Counted from the first letter of the stretch, positions 41,003 to 50,730 are shown. The stretch is 64,000 bases of DNA from Candidatus Sysuimicrobium calidum (GCA_031459935.1 JAVKHN010000006.1:14085-78084); one strand, 5' to 3'. Notes: generated from the letters alone by a model not told the origin. Program-made: numbers and translations.

Positions 41003-41843
41003 GCTCTGGGAGGAGAACGCGGTCCCCAAGCACCGCATCCAGTGGTGCCCCGGGTGCGGGGACTTCGGGGTCCTGGCGGCCCTCAAGCAGGCGCTGGTGG
41101 AGCTGGAGATCATGCCGCACGAGCTGGTGCTCGTGGGCGGGATCGGCTGCAGCGGCAACATCCGAAACTATCTCAACGGCAACGCCTTCCACGGAACCCA
41201 CGGGGGGCCCCTGGCCTACGCGCTCGGGATCAAGATGGCGAACCCCGAGCTGAAGGTAATCTGCCTTGCAGGGGACGGGGACACCTTTGCCATCGGCGTG
41301 GAGAACTTCGTGCACACCTGCCGCCGGGATCCAGACATGGTGCTGCTCGTGATGAACAACGGGGTATACGGCCTCACCAAGGGCCAGGACTCCCCCACCG
41401 CGGGGCTGGGCCAGACCGTGGAGGTGTGGAGCGAGGAACACCCGCCCATGGTGGACCCCGTGCTCCTGGCCCTGGCGAGCGAGGCCACCTTTGTGGCGCA
41501 GTCCTTCAGCGGGGACGTAAAGCACACGGCCCGGATGATCGTGGAAGCCTTCCAGCATCCGGGATTCGCCTTCATCAACGATTTCTCCCCTTGCGTCACC
41601 TACAACAAGTTCAACACCTACGAGTGGTTCCGGGAGCACGTGGAGTACGTTCCCGAGGATCACGACCCCTCCGACAAGAACGCGGCCTGGCGACTCGTGC
41701 GGGACTTCGCCCGTCATGGCAAGCTTCCACTGGGCGTAATCTACCGGAACCCGCGGCCACATCGAGAGACCCACCGCCTCCCCCTGTGGGAGGAGGAGCT
41801 TCGGGATGCGGACGTGGAGCCGATTCTGGCGACCTTCCGGTAG
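40983..41843 (+). CDS. korB: 2-oxoacid:ferredoxin oxidoreductase beta subunit (TPP-binding)
   Basis: WCPGCGDFGVLAALKQAL, GGIGCSGN, AGDGDTFAIG, MNNGVYGLTKGQ. Overlaps the korA end by 20 nt. Confidence 0.9.
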   Translation: MDSKGIKLWEENAVPKHRIQWCPGCGDFGVLAALKQALVELEIMPHELVLVGGIGCSGNIRNYLNGNAFHGTHGGPLAYALGIKMANPELKVICLAGDGDTFAIGVENFVHTCRRDPDMVLLVMNNGVYGLTKGQDSPTAGLGQTVEVWSEEHPPMVDPVLLALASEATFVAQSFSGDVKHTARMIVEAFQHPGFAFINDFSPCVTYNKFNTYEWFREHVEYVPEDHDPSDKNAAWRLVRDFARHGKLPLGVIYRNPRPHRETHRLPLWEEELRDADVEPILATFR

Positions 41844-42257
41844 CTAAGCTCCCAGCGCCTGTGCAGCCCGGTCGTAGTCCTCAGGCTTCACCCAGAGGAT
41901 CAGGCCGTAGCGGCCCTGCCCCCCGGAGACCGCGGCCATGGCGGTGACGTTTATCCCCGCCTCCGCCAGCTTCCGCATGTGCTCCGCGGCAGCTCCCACC
42001 CGGTCGTCCCCCTGGATGAGGAAGGCGTATTTCACGGCACTCAGCTGCAGCCCCGACGCGGCCGCGGCCCGCCGCAGGGCCTCCGGATCCTCCGCCACGA
42101 GGTCGAGCTGGGAATTCCCGTTCCCCAGGGGAAAGCCGAGGATCGCCCGCAGGTTGACCCCCGCCTGTTGCAGGGCCCCCAGCACCCTCATCCCCTCCCC
42201 GGGCCGGTCGGGGATCACCACGTACTGGTACTCCACCCGCTGGACAACATCGGCCAT
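41844..42257 (-). CDS. tandem ACT-like domain protein
   Basis: 137 aa from the ATG at 42257. Two repeats of an ACT-like unit (YQYVVIPDRPGEGMRVLGALQQAGVNLRAI and AFLIQGDDRVGAAAEHMRKLAEAGINVTAM). Confidence 0.55.
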   Translation of the reverse strand: MADVVQRVEYQYVVIPDRPGEGMRVLGALQQAGVNLRAILGFPLGNGNSQLDLVAEDPEALRRAAAASGLQLSAVKYAFLIQGDDRVGAAAEHMRKLAEAGINVTAMAAVSGGQGRYGLILWVKPEDYDRAAQALGA

Positions 42258-42352
42258 GGCCCACCTCCCGTTCCGTCTCCCGTGCTCTCTTACTAGCGTT
42301 CCGCAGAATCCCCCAGAACACAACCCCCCGGGGCCGCGGGGAATGACCTGGC

Positions 42353-42381
42353 TTGACAGGAAAGCCGCGGGTGCCTATGCT
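42353..42381 (+). promoter_or_regulatory. sigma-70-type promoter for the metG leader
   Basis: TTGACA (42353-42358), 17-nt spacer, TATGCT (42376-42381). Confidence 0.55.
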
Positions 42382-42387
42382 GGGCGC

Positions 42388-42645
42388 CACGAGGAGGCGG
42401 GGAGGGAGCGGGAGCAGACGCGGTCTAGGGGCTTGGAGCGAGCCGGGGGAGGTGCAAGCCGGTACCCGGGCCGCGCGGCGCGTGGCTCCGGAGCTGCGGG
42501 GGCGAACGTGGCAGTTGCCGCCAGGAATCCACGCCGGGCTGGCCCGTGACCGCCGGGAGAGCGCCGCCGGAAGTGTGCTTCGGCGGAAGTGGGGTGGTAC
42601 CGCGGAAGGCCCTTCCGTCCGCATGGGTGGAGGGGCTTGCTTTTT
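42388..42645 (+). promoter_or_regulatory. T-box riboswitch leader
   Basis: Canonical T-box sequence GGGUGGUACCGCG at 42592-42604, preceded by a stem III-like hairpin (CCGCCGGAAG-UGUG-CUUCGGCGG, 42563-42587). A possible stem I distal element is AGCGAG...GGUGCAA (42437-42458). A competing terminator follows. The Specifier was not resolved. Confidence 0.7.
42607..42645 (+). terminator. intrinsic terminator of the T-box expression platform
   Basis: 10-bp stem (42607-42616 with 42629-42638, including G-U pairs), 12-nt loop, then GCUUUUU. Its 5' arm overlaps the sequence needed for the antiterminator. Confidence 0.6.
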
Positions 42646-42662
42646 GAGGAGGTGACGGAAGC

Positions 42663-44633
42663 GTGTCGGACCGGTTCTACATCACCACCGCCATCGACTA
42701 CGTGAACGCGAGTCCGCACATCGGGCACGCGTACGAGAAGATCCTGGCGGATGTGCTCGCCCGCTACCGCCGGCTCATGGGCGAGGAGGTCTACTTCCTC
42801 ACGGGGACGGACGAGCACGGACAGAAGATCGCCACCGCGGCCGCGGAGGCGGGCCGGGAGGTCCAGGCATTCGTGGACGAGAACGCGGCACGGTTCCGGG
42901 ACCTCTGCACGGCCCTCAACCTCTCCAACGACGACTTCATCCGCACCACAGACCGCGTCCGCCACTGGCCTGCGGTACACGAGCTCTGGCGCCGGGTGGC
43001 AGCCCGGGGAGATCTCTACCGGAAGCACTACCGGGCCCTATACTGCGTGCAGTGCGAGGCCTTCGTGACGTTGAGCGAACTCGAAGATGGCCGATGCCCC
43101 CGCCACCTCATAGAGCCCCAGGTGATCGAGGAGGAGAACTACTTCTTCCGGCTCTCCCGCTACCGCCACCAGCTGCGCCGCCTGTTTGAGGAGCGGCCGG
43201 ACTTCGTCTTTCCCCCCTCCCGGGCCGCGGAGATGCACAACCTCATCGACACCCTGGAGGACATCTCCGTCTCCCGGCCGGTGGAGAAGCTGCGGTGGGG
43301 GATCCCCGTTCCGGACGACCCTACCCACGTGATCTACGTGTGGTTCGATGCTCTCACCAACTACCTGAGCGCCGTCGGGTTCGCCCGGGACGAAGAGCGC
43401 TTCCGGACTTGGTGGCCCGCCCACCACCTCATCGGCAAGGACATCAACCGGTTCCACTCCCTCCTCTGGCCTGCCATGCTGCTCAGCGCCGGGGTTGAGC
43501 CCCCGCGGCAGGTCCTGGTGCACGGGTTCCTCACCGTGGAGGGGCAGAAGATCAGCAAAACCCTCGGTAACGTCATCGACCCCCTGGCGGTGGCCCGAGA
43601 GCTGGCGGAACGGAGCGGGGGGGAGGTGGACGTGTGCGTGGACGCCCTGCGCTACTTCCTCCTCCGGGAGATCCCCTTCGGGGAGGACGGGGACTTCAGC
43701 CGTACGCAGCTGGTGCACCGGTTCAACGCGGACCTCGCGAACGACTACGGGAACCTCCTCAACCGCACCCTGCCCCTGGTGGAACGCTACTGCGAAGGGA
43801 TGGTTCCGGAAGCCGGGTCGGAGGAGGGGGCGGACGCGGCCCTGCGGCAGACCGCGCAGACCCTGGCGGACACCGTCCTTGCGCACGTGCGCCGGTATGA
43901 TTTCCCCCGGGCCTTGGGCGCCATCTGGCAGCTGTTGGGAGCCGCGAACCGGTACCTGGACCAGGAAGCCCCCTGGAGCCTGTACCGGGCGGGCCGGAGG
44001 GAGCGGGTGGCTACGGTCCTCCGCAACACCCTGGAGGCCCTGCGGGTGGTCACCGTGCTCCTGGAGCCCGTAATGCCCTCCGCCACCCTGAAGGTCTGGT
44101 CCCAGCTGGGATACCCCGAGTTCGAGCAGCGGGCGAGCGAGATCCGGGCGCGGGGGGAGCCATACCGGGGAACGGGGCTGCGCACGGAGGATGCCCGGGA
44201 GTGGCGGTGGCTACGACCCGGAACCCGCGTGCGTCCTGGGCCTCCCGTCTTTCCCCGCATCGAGGCCCGCATTCAGACGCCTGTCGCTTCGGAGGAACCG
44301 AAGATGGCGGAGGTGGTTTCCATCGAGGAGTTCCGGAAGCTGGACCTGCGGGTGGCCAAGGTGCTGGAGGCCGAGCGGGTGCCGGGCACGGACAAGCTCA
44401 TCCGGGCCCGGGTGGACCTGGGGGATGAAGTCCGCACCATCGTCGCGGGGTTGCTCCCTCATTACACGCCCGAGGACCTGGTGGGCAGGACCATCGTGGT
44501 GGTGGCGAACCTCGAGCCGCGCCGGGTGCGGGGTGTGGAGTCGCGGGGGATGTTGCTCGCCGCGGAGTGGGAGGGGAAGATCACGCTTGTGACCCTCGAT
44601 CGGGAGCTTCCACCGGGAGCACGGGTAACGTGA
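42663..44633 (+). CDS. metG: methionine--tRNA ligase with a C-terminal tRNA-binding (EMAP/Trbp111-like) domain
   Basis: GTG start after GAGGAGG. FYITTAIDYVNASPHIGHAYEKI (HIGH), KISKTLGN (KMSKS), C-terminal LDLRVAKVLEAERVPGTDKLIRARVDLG. Confidence 0.93.
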   Translation: MSDRFYITTAIDYVNASPHIGHAYEKILADVLARYRRLMGEEVYFLTGTDEHGQKIATAAAEAGREVQAFVDENAARFRDLCTALNLSNDDFIRTTDRVRHWPAVHELWRRVAARGDLYRKHYRALYCVQCEAFVTLSELEDGRCPRHLIEPQVIEEENYFFRLSRYRHQLRRLFEERPDFVFPPSRAAEMHNLIDTLEDISVSRPVEKLRWGIPVPDDPTHVIYVWFDALTNYLSAVGFARDEERFRTWWPAHHLIGKDINRFHSLLWPAMLLSAGVEPPRQVLVHGFLTVEGQKISKTLGNVIDPLAVARELAERSGGEVDVCVDALRYFLLREIPFGEDGDFSRTQLVHRFNADLANDYGNLLNRTLPLVERYCEGMVPEAGSEEGADAALRQTAQTLADTVLAHVRRYDFPRALGAIWQLLGAANRYLDQEAPWSLYRAGRRERVATVLRNTLEALRVVTVLLEPVMPSATLKVWSQLGYPEFEQRASEIRARGEPYRGTGLRTEDAREWRWLRPGTRVRPGPPVFPRIEARIQTPVASEEPKMAEVVSIEEFRKLDLRVAKVLEAERVPGTDKLIRARVDLGDEVRTIVAGLLPHYTPEDLVGRTIVVVANLEPRRVRGVESRGMLLAAEWEGKITLVTLDRELPPGARVT

Positions 44634-45385
44634 TCGACACCCACCTCCACCTGGACGATCCCCGGTTCGATCCGGATCGGGACGCGGTGGTGGAGCGGGC
44701 GGTCCGGGCCGGGGTGCGGATCCTGATCACCACGGGGGTGGATCTGGAGAGCAGCCGCCGGGCCGTGGCCCTCGCGGAGCGTTACCCCGTGGTATATGCG
44801 GCGGTTGGGATCCACCCCAACCACGCGCACCGCGCCTCGCCCGGGGACTTCGGAGCCATCGCGGAGCTCGCGGCTCACCCGCGAGTGATAGCCATCGGTG
44901 AGTGCGGCCTGGACTTCTACCGGGACTGGTGCCCCCGGGAGGTCCAGCAGGAGAACCTGCGCCGCCACGTGCGCCTGGCGAACGCGCTCCGGAAACCTCT
45001 TGTGATCCACAACCGGGAGGCCCACGCGGATGTGCTGCGCATCCTGGAGGAGGAAGACGCCTTCCAGGTGGTGATGCACATGTTCACGGGACCTTCAGAG
45101 CACGCTCAGGAGTGCGCCCGGCGGGGATACTGGATGGGGGTGGGCGGAGTGATCACGTATCCGAATGCGCACGAGGTCCGGGAGGCGGTGCGCCACATTC
45201 CGGATGAGCGGCTTCTGGTGGAGACGGACGCTCCTTACCTCGCTCCACACCCGGATCGCACAAAGCGCAACGAGCCCGCATACCTCCCTCGCATCGTGGA
45301 GGCCCTGGCCCACCTCCGGGCGCAAGGAACCGAAGCAGTGGCGGCCCTCGTAGACCACAACGCACGGGTATGCTTCGGCCTGTAG
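44630..45385 (+). CDS. tatD: TatD-family metal-dependent hydrolase
   Basis: GTGA overlap with metG. VIDTHLHLDD, IGECGLDFYR, LVIHNREAH and ETDAPYLAP motifs. Confidence 0.88.
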   Translation: MIDTHLHLDDPRFDPDRDAVVERAVRAGVRILITTGVDLESSRRAVALAERYPVVYAAVGIHPNHAHRASPGDFGAIAELAAHPRVIAIGECGLDFYRDWCPREVQQENLRRHVRLANALRKPLVIHNREAHADVLRILEEEDAFQVVMHMFTGPSEHAQECARRGYWMGVGGVITYPNAHEVREAVRHIPDERLLVETDAPYLAPHPDRTKRNEPAYLPRIVEALAHLRAQGTEAVAALVDHNARVCFGL

Positions 45386-46443
45386 CCGTTGTCCTGGTGC
45401 TCCTGCTCCTCGCGACCCCCGCGGTCTCCCAGACCTCGGAGGATCTCTCGGAGGTGGAGCAGGGCCGCCAGGCCGCCCAGCAGGTCGAACGGATCCTGCG
45501 GGTGGTCACGGATCCTGCGGTGGCGGGTCGGGTGGAGCGGATCGGGGCGACCGTGGCGGCCCAGACGGAGCGGCCGCAGCTCCCTTGGACCTTCCGGGTG
45601 GTGGAGCATCGGTTTCCCAACGCGGTGGCCCTGCCGGGCGGGTTCGTGTACGTCACGAGTGCCATGCTGCAGCTCGTGCGCACGGACCACGAGCTGGCGG
45701 GCTTACTGGCCCACGAGGCCGCCCACGTGGCCCGGCGACACCACCGTCGCATGGCGCAGGAGGCGCTGCGCACCAATTTCCTCGTGATGCTGGTGGCGGT
45801 GCTGGTGCGGGATCCCCGCATCACCACGGGCGCGCAACTGGTGGGCGGCGGGATCCTCAGCGCCTTCTCGCGGGAGCTGGAGCGGGAGGCGGACCTGGCG
45901 GCGGTAGGATACGTGCAGCGCACCACCTGGCACCCCGTGGGGGTCCTCACCTTGCTGGAACGGCTCGCGCGGGAGGAACAGCTCTCCGCAGGCCCCGATC
46001 CCGGAGCTTTCCGCACGCACCCCACCTGGGGAGAACGCATCCGGGCGGTGGAGGAGGAGCTGGGGCGTCGGGGGATCCCCCTGCACCGCCGGATCTCCAT
46101 GGGGTTTCTGCGGGTGGAGGCGGGCGGGGAGGGACCCGTGGGCGAGGTGCGGGTGAACGGGGAGGTGGTGATGCGGCTTGCGGGCGGGGAAGAACGGGCT
46201 AGGGCGGTGGTCGCCCACCTCGATCGGATCTTCAACGAGGATCCCTCGCCCCTGGACGTAGAGGTCACGGGGGTGCTCGGCGAATGGAGGATCCGGGTCG
46301 CAGGGGAGCCGGTGGTTGTGATCACGGACGAGGACGCACGGCTCCTGGGCCGCCCTCGGCGGGACCTCGCGCAGGAGTACGCCGTGGCCCTGCGGCGGGT
46401 GATCACGGAGGACCGGAGGCGCCGGGCTCTGGGAGGCTACTGA
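45370..46443 (+). CDS. secreted M48-family zinc metalloprotease
   Basis: Signal peptide MLRPVAVVLVLLLLATPAVSQ and the HEAAHVARRH (HExxH) motif with downstream ELEREADL. Confidence 0.8.
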   Translation: MLRPVAVVLVLLLLATPAVSQTSEDLSEVEQGRQAAQQVERILRVVTDPAVAGRVERIGATVAAQTERPQLPWTFRVVEHRFPNAVALPGGFVYVTSAMLQLVRTDHELAGLLAHEAAHVARRHHRRMAQEALRTNFLVMLVAVLVRDPRITTGAQLVGGGILSAFSRELEREADLAAVGYVQRTTWHPVGVLTLLERLAREEQLSAGPDPGAFRTHPTWGERIRAVEEELGRRGIPLHRRISMGFLRVEAGGEGPVGEVRVNGEVVMRLAGGEERARAVVAHLDRIFNEDPSPLDVEVTGVLGEWRIRVAGEPVVVITDEDARLLGRPRRDLAQEYAVALRRVITEDRRRRALGGY

Positions 46444-48322
46444 ACTCCTCCTCCATCAGGCGCAGGAATGCCTCCACCACGACCGGATCGAAGTGCTTTC
46501 CCGCCTGCTCCCGGATGTACTGCAGGGCCTTTTCCCGGGGCCAGGCGGGCCGGTAGGGACGGTGACTGGTGAGGGCGTCGTAGACGTCCACCACCGCGAA
46601 GATGCGGGCCGCCAGCGGAATCTCCTCCCCCCTTAGCCCCCGTGGGTATCCGGTTCCATCCCACCGCTCGTGGTGGCAGTACGGGATGTCGAGGGCGGGT
46701 CGAAGGAATTCGATGCCCGCGAGCCACCGGTACGCGTACACGGGGTGCAGGCGCATAATGGCCCACTCCTCCTCCGTGAGAGGACCGGGTTTCCGCAGGA
46801 TCTCGTCCGGGATCCCGATCTTGCCGATGTCATGGAGCAGGGCCCCGCGGCGGATGTGCACGATCTCGGATTCCGGAACCCCCATGGCTCGGGCCAGGGC
46901 CACGGTGAGGTCCGCCACCCGCTGGGTGTGCCCCTCCGTCTCCTGGTCCCGCAGGTCCAGAGCGCGCGACCACCCCTCGAGGGTAGCATCGTAGGCCATC
47001 TGCAGCTCCACGTTGGCCCGCCGCAGCCCCTCGAGTAAGGTTCCGTTGTCAATGGCCACCGTGGCCTGGCCCGCCAGGGCCTCCAGGAAGTTCCACCACT
47101 CGGGATCCTCCGGAAAGCCCTCCCGGGAGAGCACCTCCAGCACGCCCAGGACCTGGCCCTTTGCGGTTAAGGGCACTGCGCAGTAGGCCCGGAACCCGTC
47201 TTCCGCGAATCGAGCCTCCCGGCTCCCGAGCGCCTCCGAGAGGTTGGAGATGTGTAGCCGCTCGCGGCGCAGAACCACCTGGCTTACCAGTCCATTCCCG
47301 AGCCGTACCCGCTGGGCTACCAGATCTAGCCGCACTCCCCGGGCGGCCACGGCCTGAAAGGAAGCGGTGCCGGGATCCAGCAGCAGCACCGCCGCGGCCT
47401 CCACGCCGAGGTGCGTGGTGAGCTGGTCCAGGATCACGTTCAGGGTGATCCGGAAGTCGAAGCTCGCGGTGATGGCGGTGTCCACAAGACGCAGGGCCTG
47501 CAACCGCTGCACCTGTAGCTCTAGCCGCTCCCGCAGCCGGCGCTCCCGCGCCTCCGCCTCCACAAGCGGCGTCACATCCTCCGCCACGGAGACGAAGTGG
47601 GTGATGTGGCCCGCCTCGTCCCGCAGGGCGGAGACGGTGAGCACGATCCAGAAGAGGCTCCCGTCCCTGCGTTTCGCTTGGATCTCCCCGCGCCACCATC
47701 CGCCCGTTGCCATCGCCTCCCGGAACGCCTGTCGTTGCTCCTCCGTGAAGGGAAGGGCGAGCTCCTCCACGGGTCTTCCCAGGACCTCCTCCGGTGGAAA
47801 CCTCGTGACCTCCGTCCACCGTCGGTTCACATATGTCACACGCCGCTCGGCGTCCATCACCAGCACCATCCCCGGGCCCTGCTCCACCGTCTGCCACAGG
47901 AGCCGGACCTGTGCCTCCGCCTGCCGCCGGGCCCGCTGCACCTCCGCCTCCCGCAGCTCGCGGGCCACCGCGGCGGGAAGCCGCGTGAGGCTGTCCTTCA
48001 TCACGTAGTCGTTCGCTCCGGCCCGCATCATCTCCACCGCGAGCTCCTCGCCCACGGCCCCGCTCACCACGAGGAAAGGCAGGTCAGGGTCGTGGGCCCG
48101 CACCATGCGGAGGGCCTCCTGGGCGTGAAAGCCGGGCAACCGGTAGTCGCACAGCACCACGTCCCAGGCCTCCGCTCTCAGGGCATCGGCCAGGCTTGAG
48201 GCAGAGTCCACCCGTCGCCACCGCACCGCGTAGCCGTTCCGCTGCAAGAGCCGCACGATCAGTACCGCGTCGTCGTCCACGTCCTCCACGAAAAGTGCCC
48301 GCAGGAGCTGTGCTTCACTCAC
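46403..48322 (-). CDS. response regulator receiver-PAS-GAF-HD-GYP protein (putative c-di-GMP phosphodiesterase)
   Basis: GTG start. Receiver (ALFVEDVDDD...VLCDYRLPG), PAS, GAF, then HD-GYP (HTQRVADLT, LLHDIGKIGIPDEIL, HHERWDGTGYPRGL). 639 aa. Confidence 0.85.
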   Translation of the reverse strand: MSEAQLLRALFVEDVDDDAVLIVRLLQRNGYAVRWRRVDSASSLADALRAEAWDVVLCDYRLPGFHAQEALRMVRAHDPDLPFLVVSGAVGEELAVEMMRAGANDYVMKDSLTRLPAAVARELREAEVQRARRQAEAQVRLLWQTVEQGPGMVLVMDAERRVTYVNRRWTEVTRFPPEEVLGRPVEELALPFTEEQRQAFREAMATGGWWRGEIQAKRRDGSLFWIVLTVSALRDEAGHITHFVSVAEDVTPLVEAEARERRLRERLELQVQRLQALRLVDTAITASFDFRITLNVILDQLTTHLGVEAAAVLLLDPGTASFQAVAARGVRLDLVAQRVRLGNGLVSQVVLRRERLHISNLSEALGSREARFAEDGFRAYCAVPLTAKGQVLGVLEVLSREGFPEDPEWWNFLEALAGQATVAIDNGTLLEGLRRANVELQMAYDATLEGWSRALDLRDQETEGHTQRVADLTVALARAMGVPESEIVHIRRGALLHDIGKIGIPDEILRKPGPLTEEEWAIMRLHPVYAYRWLAGIEFLRPALDIPYCHHERWDGTGYPRGLRGEEIPLAARIFAVVDVYDALTSHRPYRPAWPREKALQYIREQAGKHFDPVVVEAFLRLMEEEFSSLPEPGASGPP

Positions 48323-48326
48323 GGTC

Positions 48327-48767
48327 TCACCTCACGGGCGGAGGCTCGTTGAGCAGCAACCAGTACAACCCCAGCCGCCGCACCGCCTCCACGAACTCCA
48401 AAAAGTCCACGGGCTTACACACATAGCTGTTGCACCCCAGGCGGTAGCTCGCCACGAGGTCCTGTTCCTCCTGGGAGGAGGTGAGCACCACCACGGGCAC
48501 CAGGCGCGTGTGCTCGTTGGACCGGATGCGCTGCAGGACCTCCAGCCCGTCGAGCCTGGGGAGCTTCAGGTCCAGCAGCACCACGGCTGGCAGCTCCCGC
48601 GGGTCCCGGCCCGCGTACTTCCCGGTCCCGAACAGGTACTCCAGGGCCTCTACCCCGTCCTCCGCCACCACCACCTCGTTCGCGAGGTGGTGGGCGCGCA
48701 GGGCCCGGAGGGTGAGGGCCACGTCGTCCGGGTTATCTTCCACCAGCAGGATGGTCCTGGCCCGCAT
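48327..48767 (-). CDS. stand-alone CheY-like response regulator receiver
   Basis: [43 protein letters not shown]. 146 aa. Confidence 0.88.
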   Translation of the reverse strand: MRARTILLVEDNPDDVALTLRALRAHHLANEVVVAEDGVEALEYLFGTGKYAGRDPRELPAVVLLDLKLPRLDGLEVLQRIRSNEHTRLVPVVVLTSSQEEQDLVASYRLGCNSYVCKPVDFLEFVEAVRRLGLYWLLLNEPPPVR

Positions 48768-50658
48768 CGGCTTCCTCCCGCAGTCCCGGCAGGGTGAAGA
48801 AGAACGTCGCGCCCCGATCCACCTCGGCTTCCGCCCACACCCGCCCGCCGTGCCGCGCCACGATCCGCTGCACCGTCGCGAGCCCGATGCCGGATCCGGG
48901 GAACTCCGAGGGCCTGTGCAGGCGCTGGAAGGGGGCGAAGAGCTTCGCTGCGTACTGCATCTCGAACCCCACCCCGTTGTCCCGTACGAAGCAGGCGGAG
49001 CCGTGCGGGGTCGGTGCCACGCCGAACTCGATCCGGGCGGGGGATCTGGGCCGGGTGAACTTCCACGCGTTGTGAAGGAGGTTTTCCAGGGCCACGCGTA
49101 TAAGCCGCGGATCCGCCCGGGCCCGGATCCCGGGCGTGACGTGCACCTCCACAGTCCGGTCGGGCTCTCGCTGGCGCAGCTCCTCCACGGTGGCCCACAC
49201 GAGTGTGCTCAGATCCACCTCCTGCACCTCGAGCGGCGCCCGGGTGACGCGGGAGAACTGCAGGAGGTCGTCGATGAGGGTGGCCATGCGCTGGCTTGCG
49301 GCCCGAACCCGCTGCAGGTAGCCGCGGCCGACCTCATCCAGCCGGTCTGCGTAGTCCTCCAGCAGGGCCTGGCTGAATCCGTCGATGCTGCGCAGGGGCG
49401 CCCGGAGGTCGTGGGCCACGGAGTAGCTGAAGGCCTCGAGATCCCGGTTCGCCGCCTCCAGCTCCGCGGTCCTCAGCCGCACCCGCTCCTCGAGCTCTCG
49501 TGTGAGGGCTCGCAAAGCCTCCTCCGCCATTTTCTGCTCCGTCACGTCCACCAGGGTGCCGATCACCGCGGGCCGGCCCTGGGAGAACGTACGGGCGCCG
49601 TATACCTCCACGTGGATCACCCGGCCGTCCCTGCGCACGCCCCGGAACCCGTACCGCAGCGCCTGCACCTCTCCTTCCAGGCGACGGCGGAGGTTCTCGT
49701 CCACGAGGGGCCAGTCCTCGGGATGCACCAAGTCCTTGGGGCCGCGCCGTTCGATGAGCTCCTCCCGGGGGTACCCGAAGATCTCCGCGAGGGCGGGGTT
49801 CGCGTACCGGAACACGCCGTCCTGGACGAGGTACACGCCCACCAGGGACTGTTCCACGAGACTCCGAAACAGCTCCTCCGACTCCCGCAGGGCCAGCTCC
49901 ACCCGGTGACGCTCCGTGACGTCGTGAGCCACCACCAGGGCCGCGGGCCGGCCTGCGTAGGTGAGGGTGTGGGAGACGATCTCCACGTGGAGGATCCGGC
50001 CGTCCCTGGTGCGATGCCGCCACTGCCCGGAGGCCTGGAGAGCGGGCCGAGGCCTCTGCACGTCCTCCAGGAGCTTCGGCACGTCTTCCGGAGGCCGGAT
50101 GTCGGTGATGCGCATCCGCAAAAACTCCTCCCGGCTATAGCCGTACCGCTGGATTGCGGCTTCGTTCACCTCCAGGAACTGCAGCGTCTGCAGGTCGTAC
50201 ACCCACATGGGTTGGGGGTTACAGCGGAAGAGCATGGCCAGGGCCGCCTCGAGCTGCTGCCGCGCCTCCGCCTCCTCAAGGCGCACCGCGAGCTCCGTGG
50301 CCCGGGCGGTTTCGCCCGTGACCAGCCTCCGCAGGAACCCCACCATCACCGCGAGGGCAGGAGTCGCCAGGGCCAGCACCGCGATCCGGAGCCCGTTCTC
50401 CGCGGAGTACCGGAAGGGTTGACCGGGCTCGGAGAAGACCCAGGCGGCGTAGGCGAAGCTCAGAAGGGCGCTCACGAGCCCCGACCCCACCCCGCCCGCG
50501 TAGGCACTGTAGGCCACCGCGAGGAGATAGGCGGCCGCGGGATTGGGGAGGCGAATCGCCCAGTGGCTCAGGAGCTCGAGGGCCAGGAGGACGAGCACGG
50601 TGAGGACGGGACCCGTGAGGGGGGCCGCCGTGACCCGTTCCCTCCGTCCTCGTTGCAC
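48733..50658 (-). CDS. membrane-anchored multi-PAS sensor histidine kinase
   Basis: GTG start. N-terminal 4-helix membrane domain (DUF4118-like), three PAS-like segments, HisKA H-box [16 protein letters not shown], and HATPase (NAWKF, DNGVGF, GSGIGLA). Confidence 0.88.
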   Translation of the reverse strand: MQRGRRERVTAAPLTGPVLTVLVLLALELLSHWAIRLPNPAAAYLLAVAYSAYAGGVGSGLVSALLSFAYAAWVFSEPGQPFRYSAENGLRIAVLALATPALAVMVGFLRRLVTGETARATELAVRLEEAEARQQLEAALAMLFRCNPQPMWVYDLQTLQFLEVNEAAIQRYGYSREEFLRMRITDIRPPEDVPKLLEDVQRPRPALQASGQWRHRTRDGRILHVEIVSHTLTYAGRPAALVVAHDVTERHRVELALRESEELFRSLVEQSLVGVYLVQDGVFRYANPALAEIFGYPREELIERRGPKDLVHPEDWPLVDENLRRRLEGEVQALRYGFRGVRRDGRVIHVEVYGARTFSQGRPAVIGTLVDVTEQKMAEEALRALTRELEERVRLRTAELEAANRDLEAFSYSVAHDLRAPLRSIDGFSQALLEDYADRLDEVGRGYLQRVRAASQRMATLIDDLLQFSRVTRAPLEVQEVDLSTLVWATVEELRQREPDRTVEVHVTPGIRARADPRLIRVALENLLHNAWKFTRPRSPARIEFGVAPTPHGSACFVRDNGVGFEMQYAAKLFAPFQRLHRPSEFPGSGIGLATVQRIVARHGGRVWAEAEVDRGATFFFTLPGLREEADAGQDHPAGGR

Positions 50659-50730
50659 CCGTTAACCCCCGTACCAGAGTCCACGCTACAGGTTAGCAAG
50701 ATCCGTTCCACGCCCGGGGGATGGAGCCCG

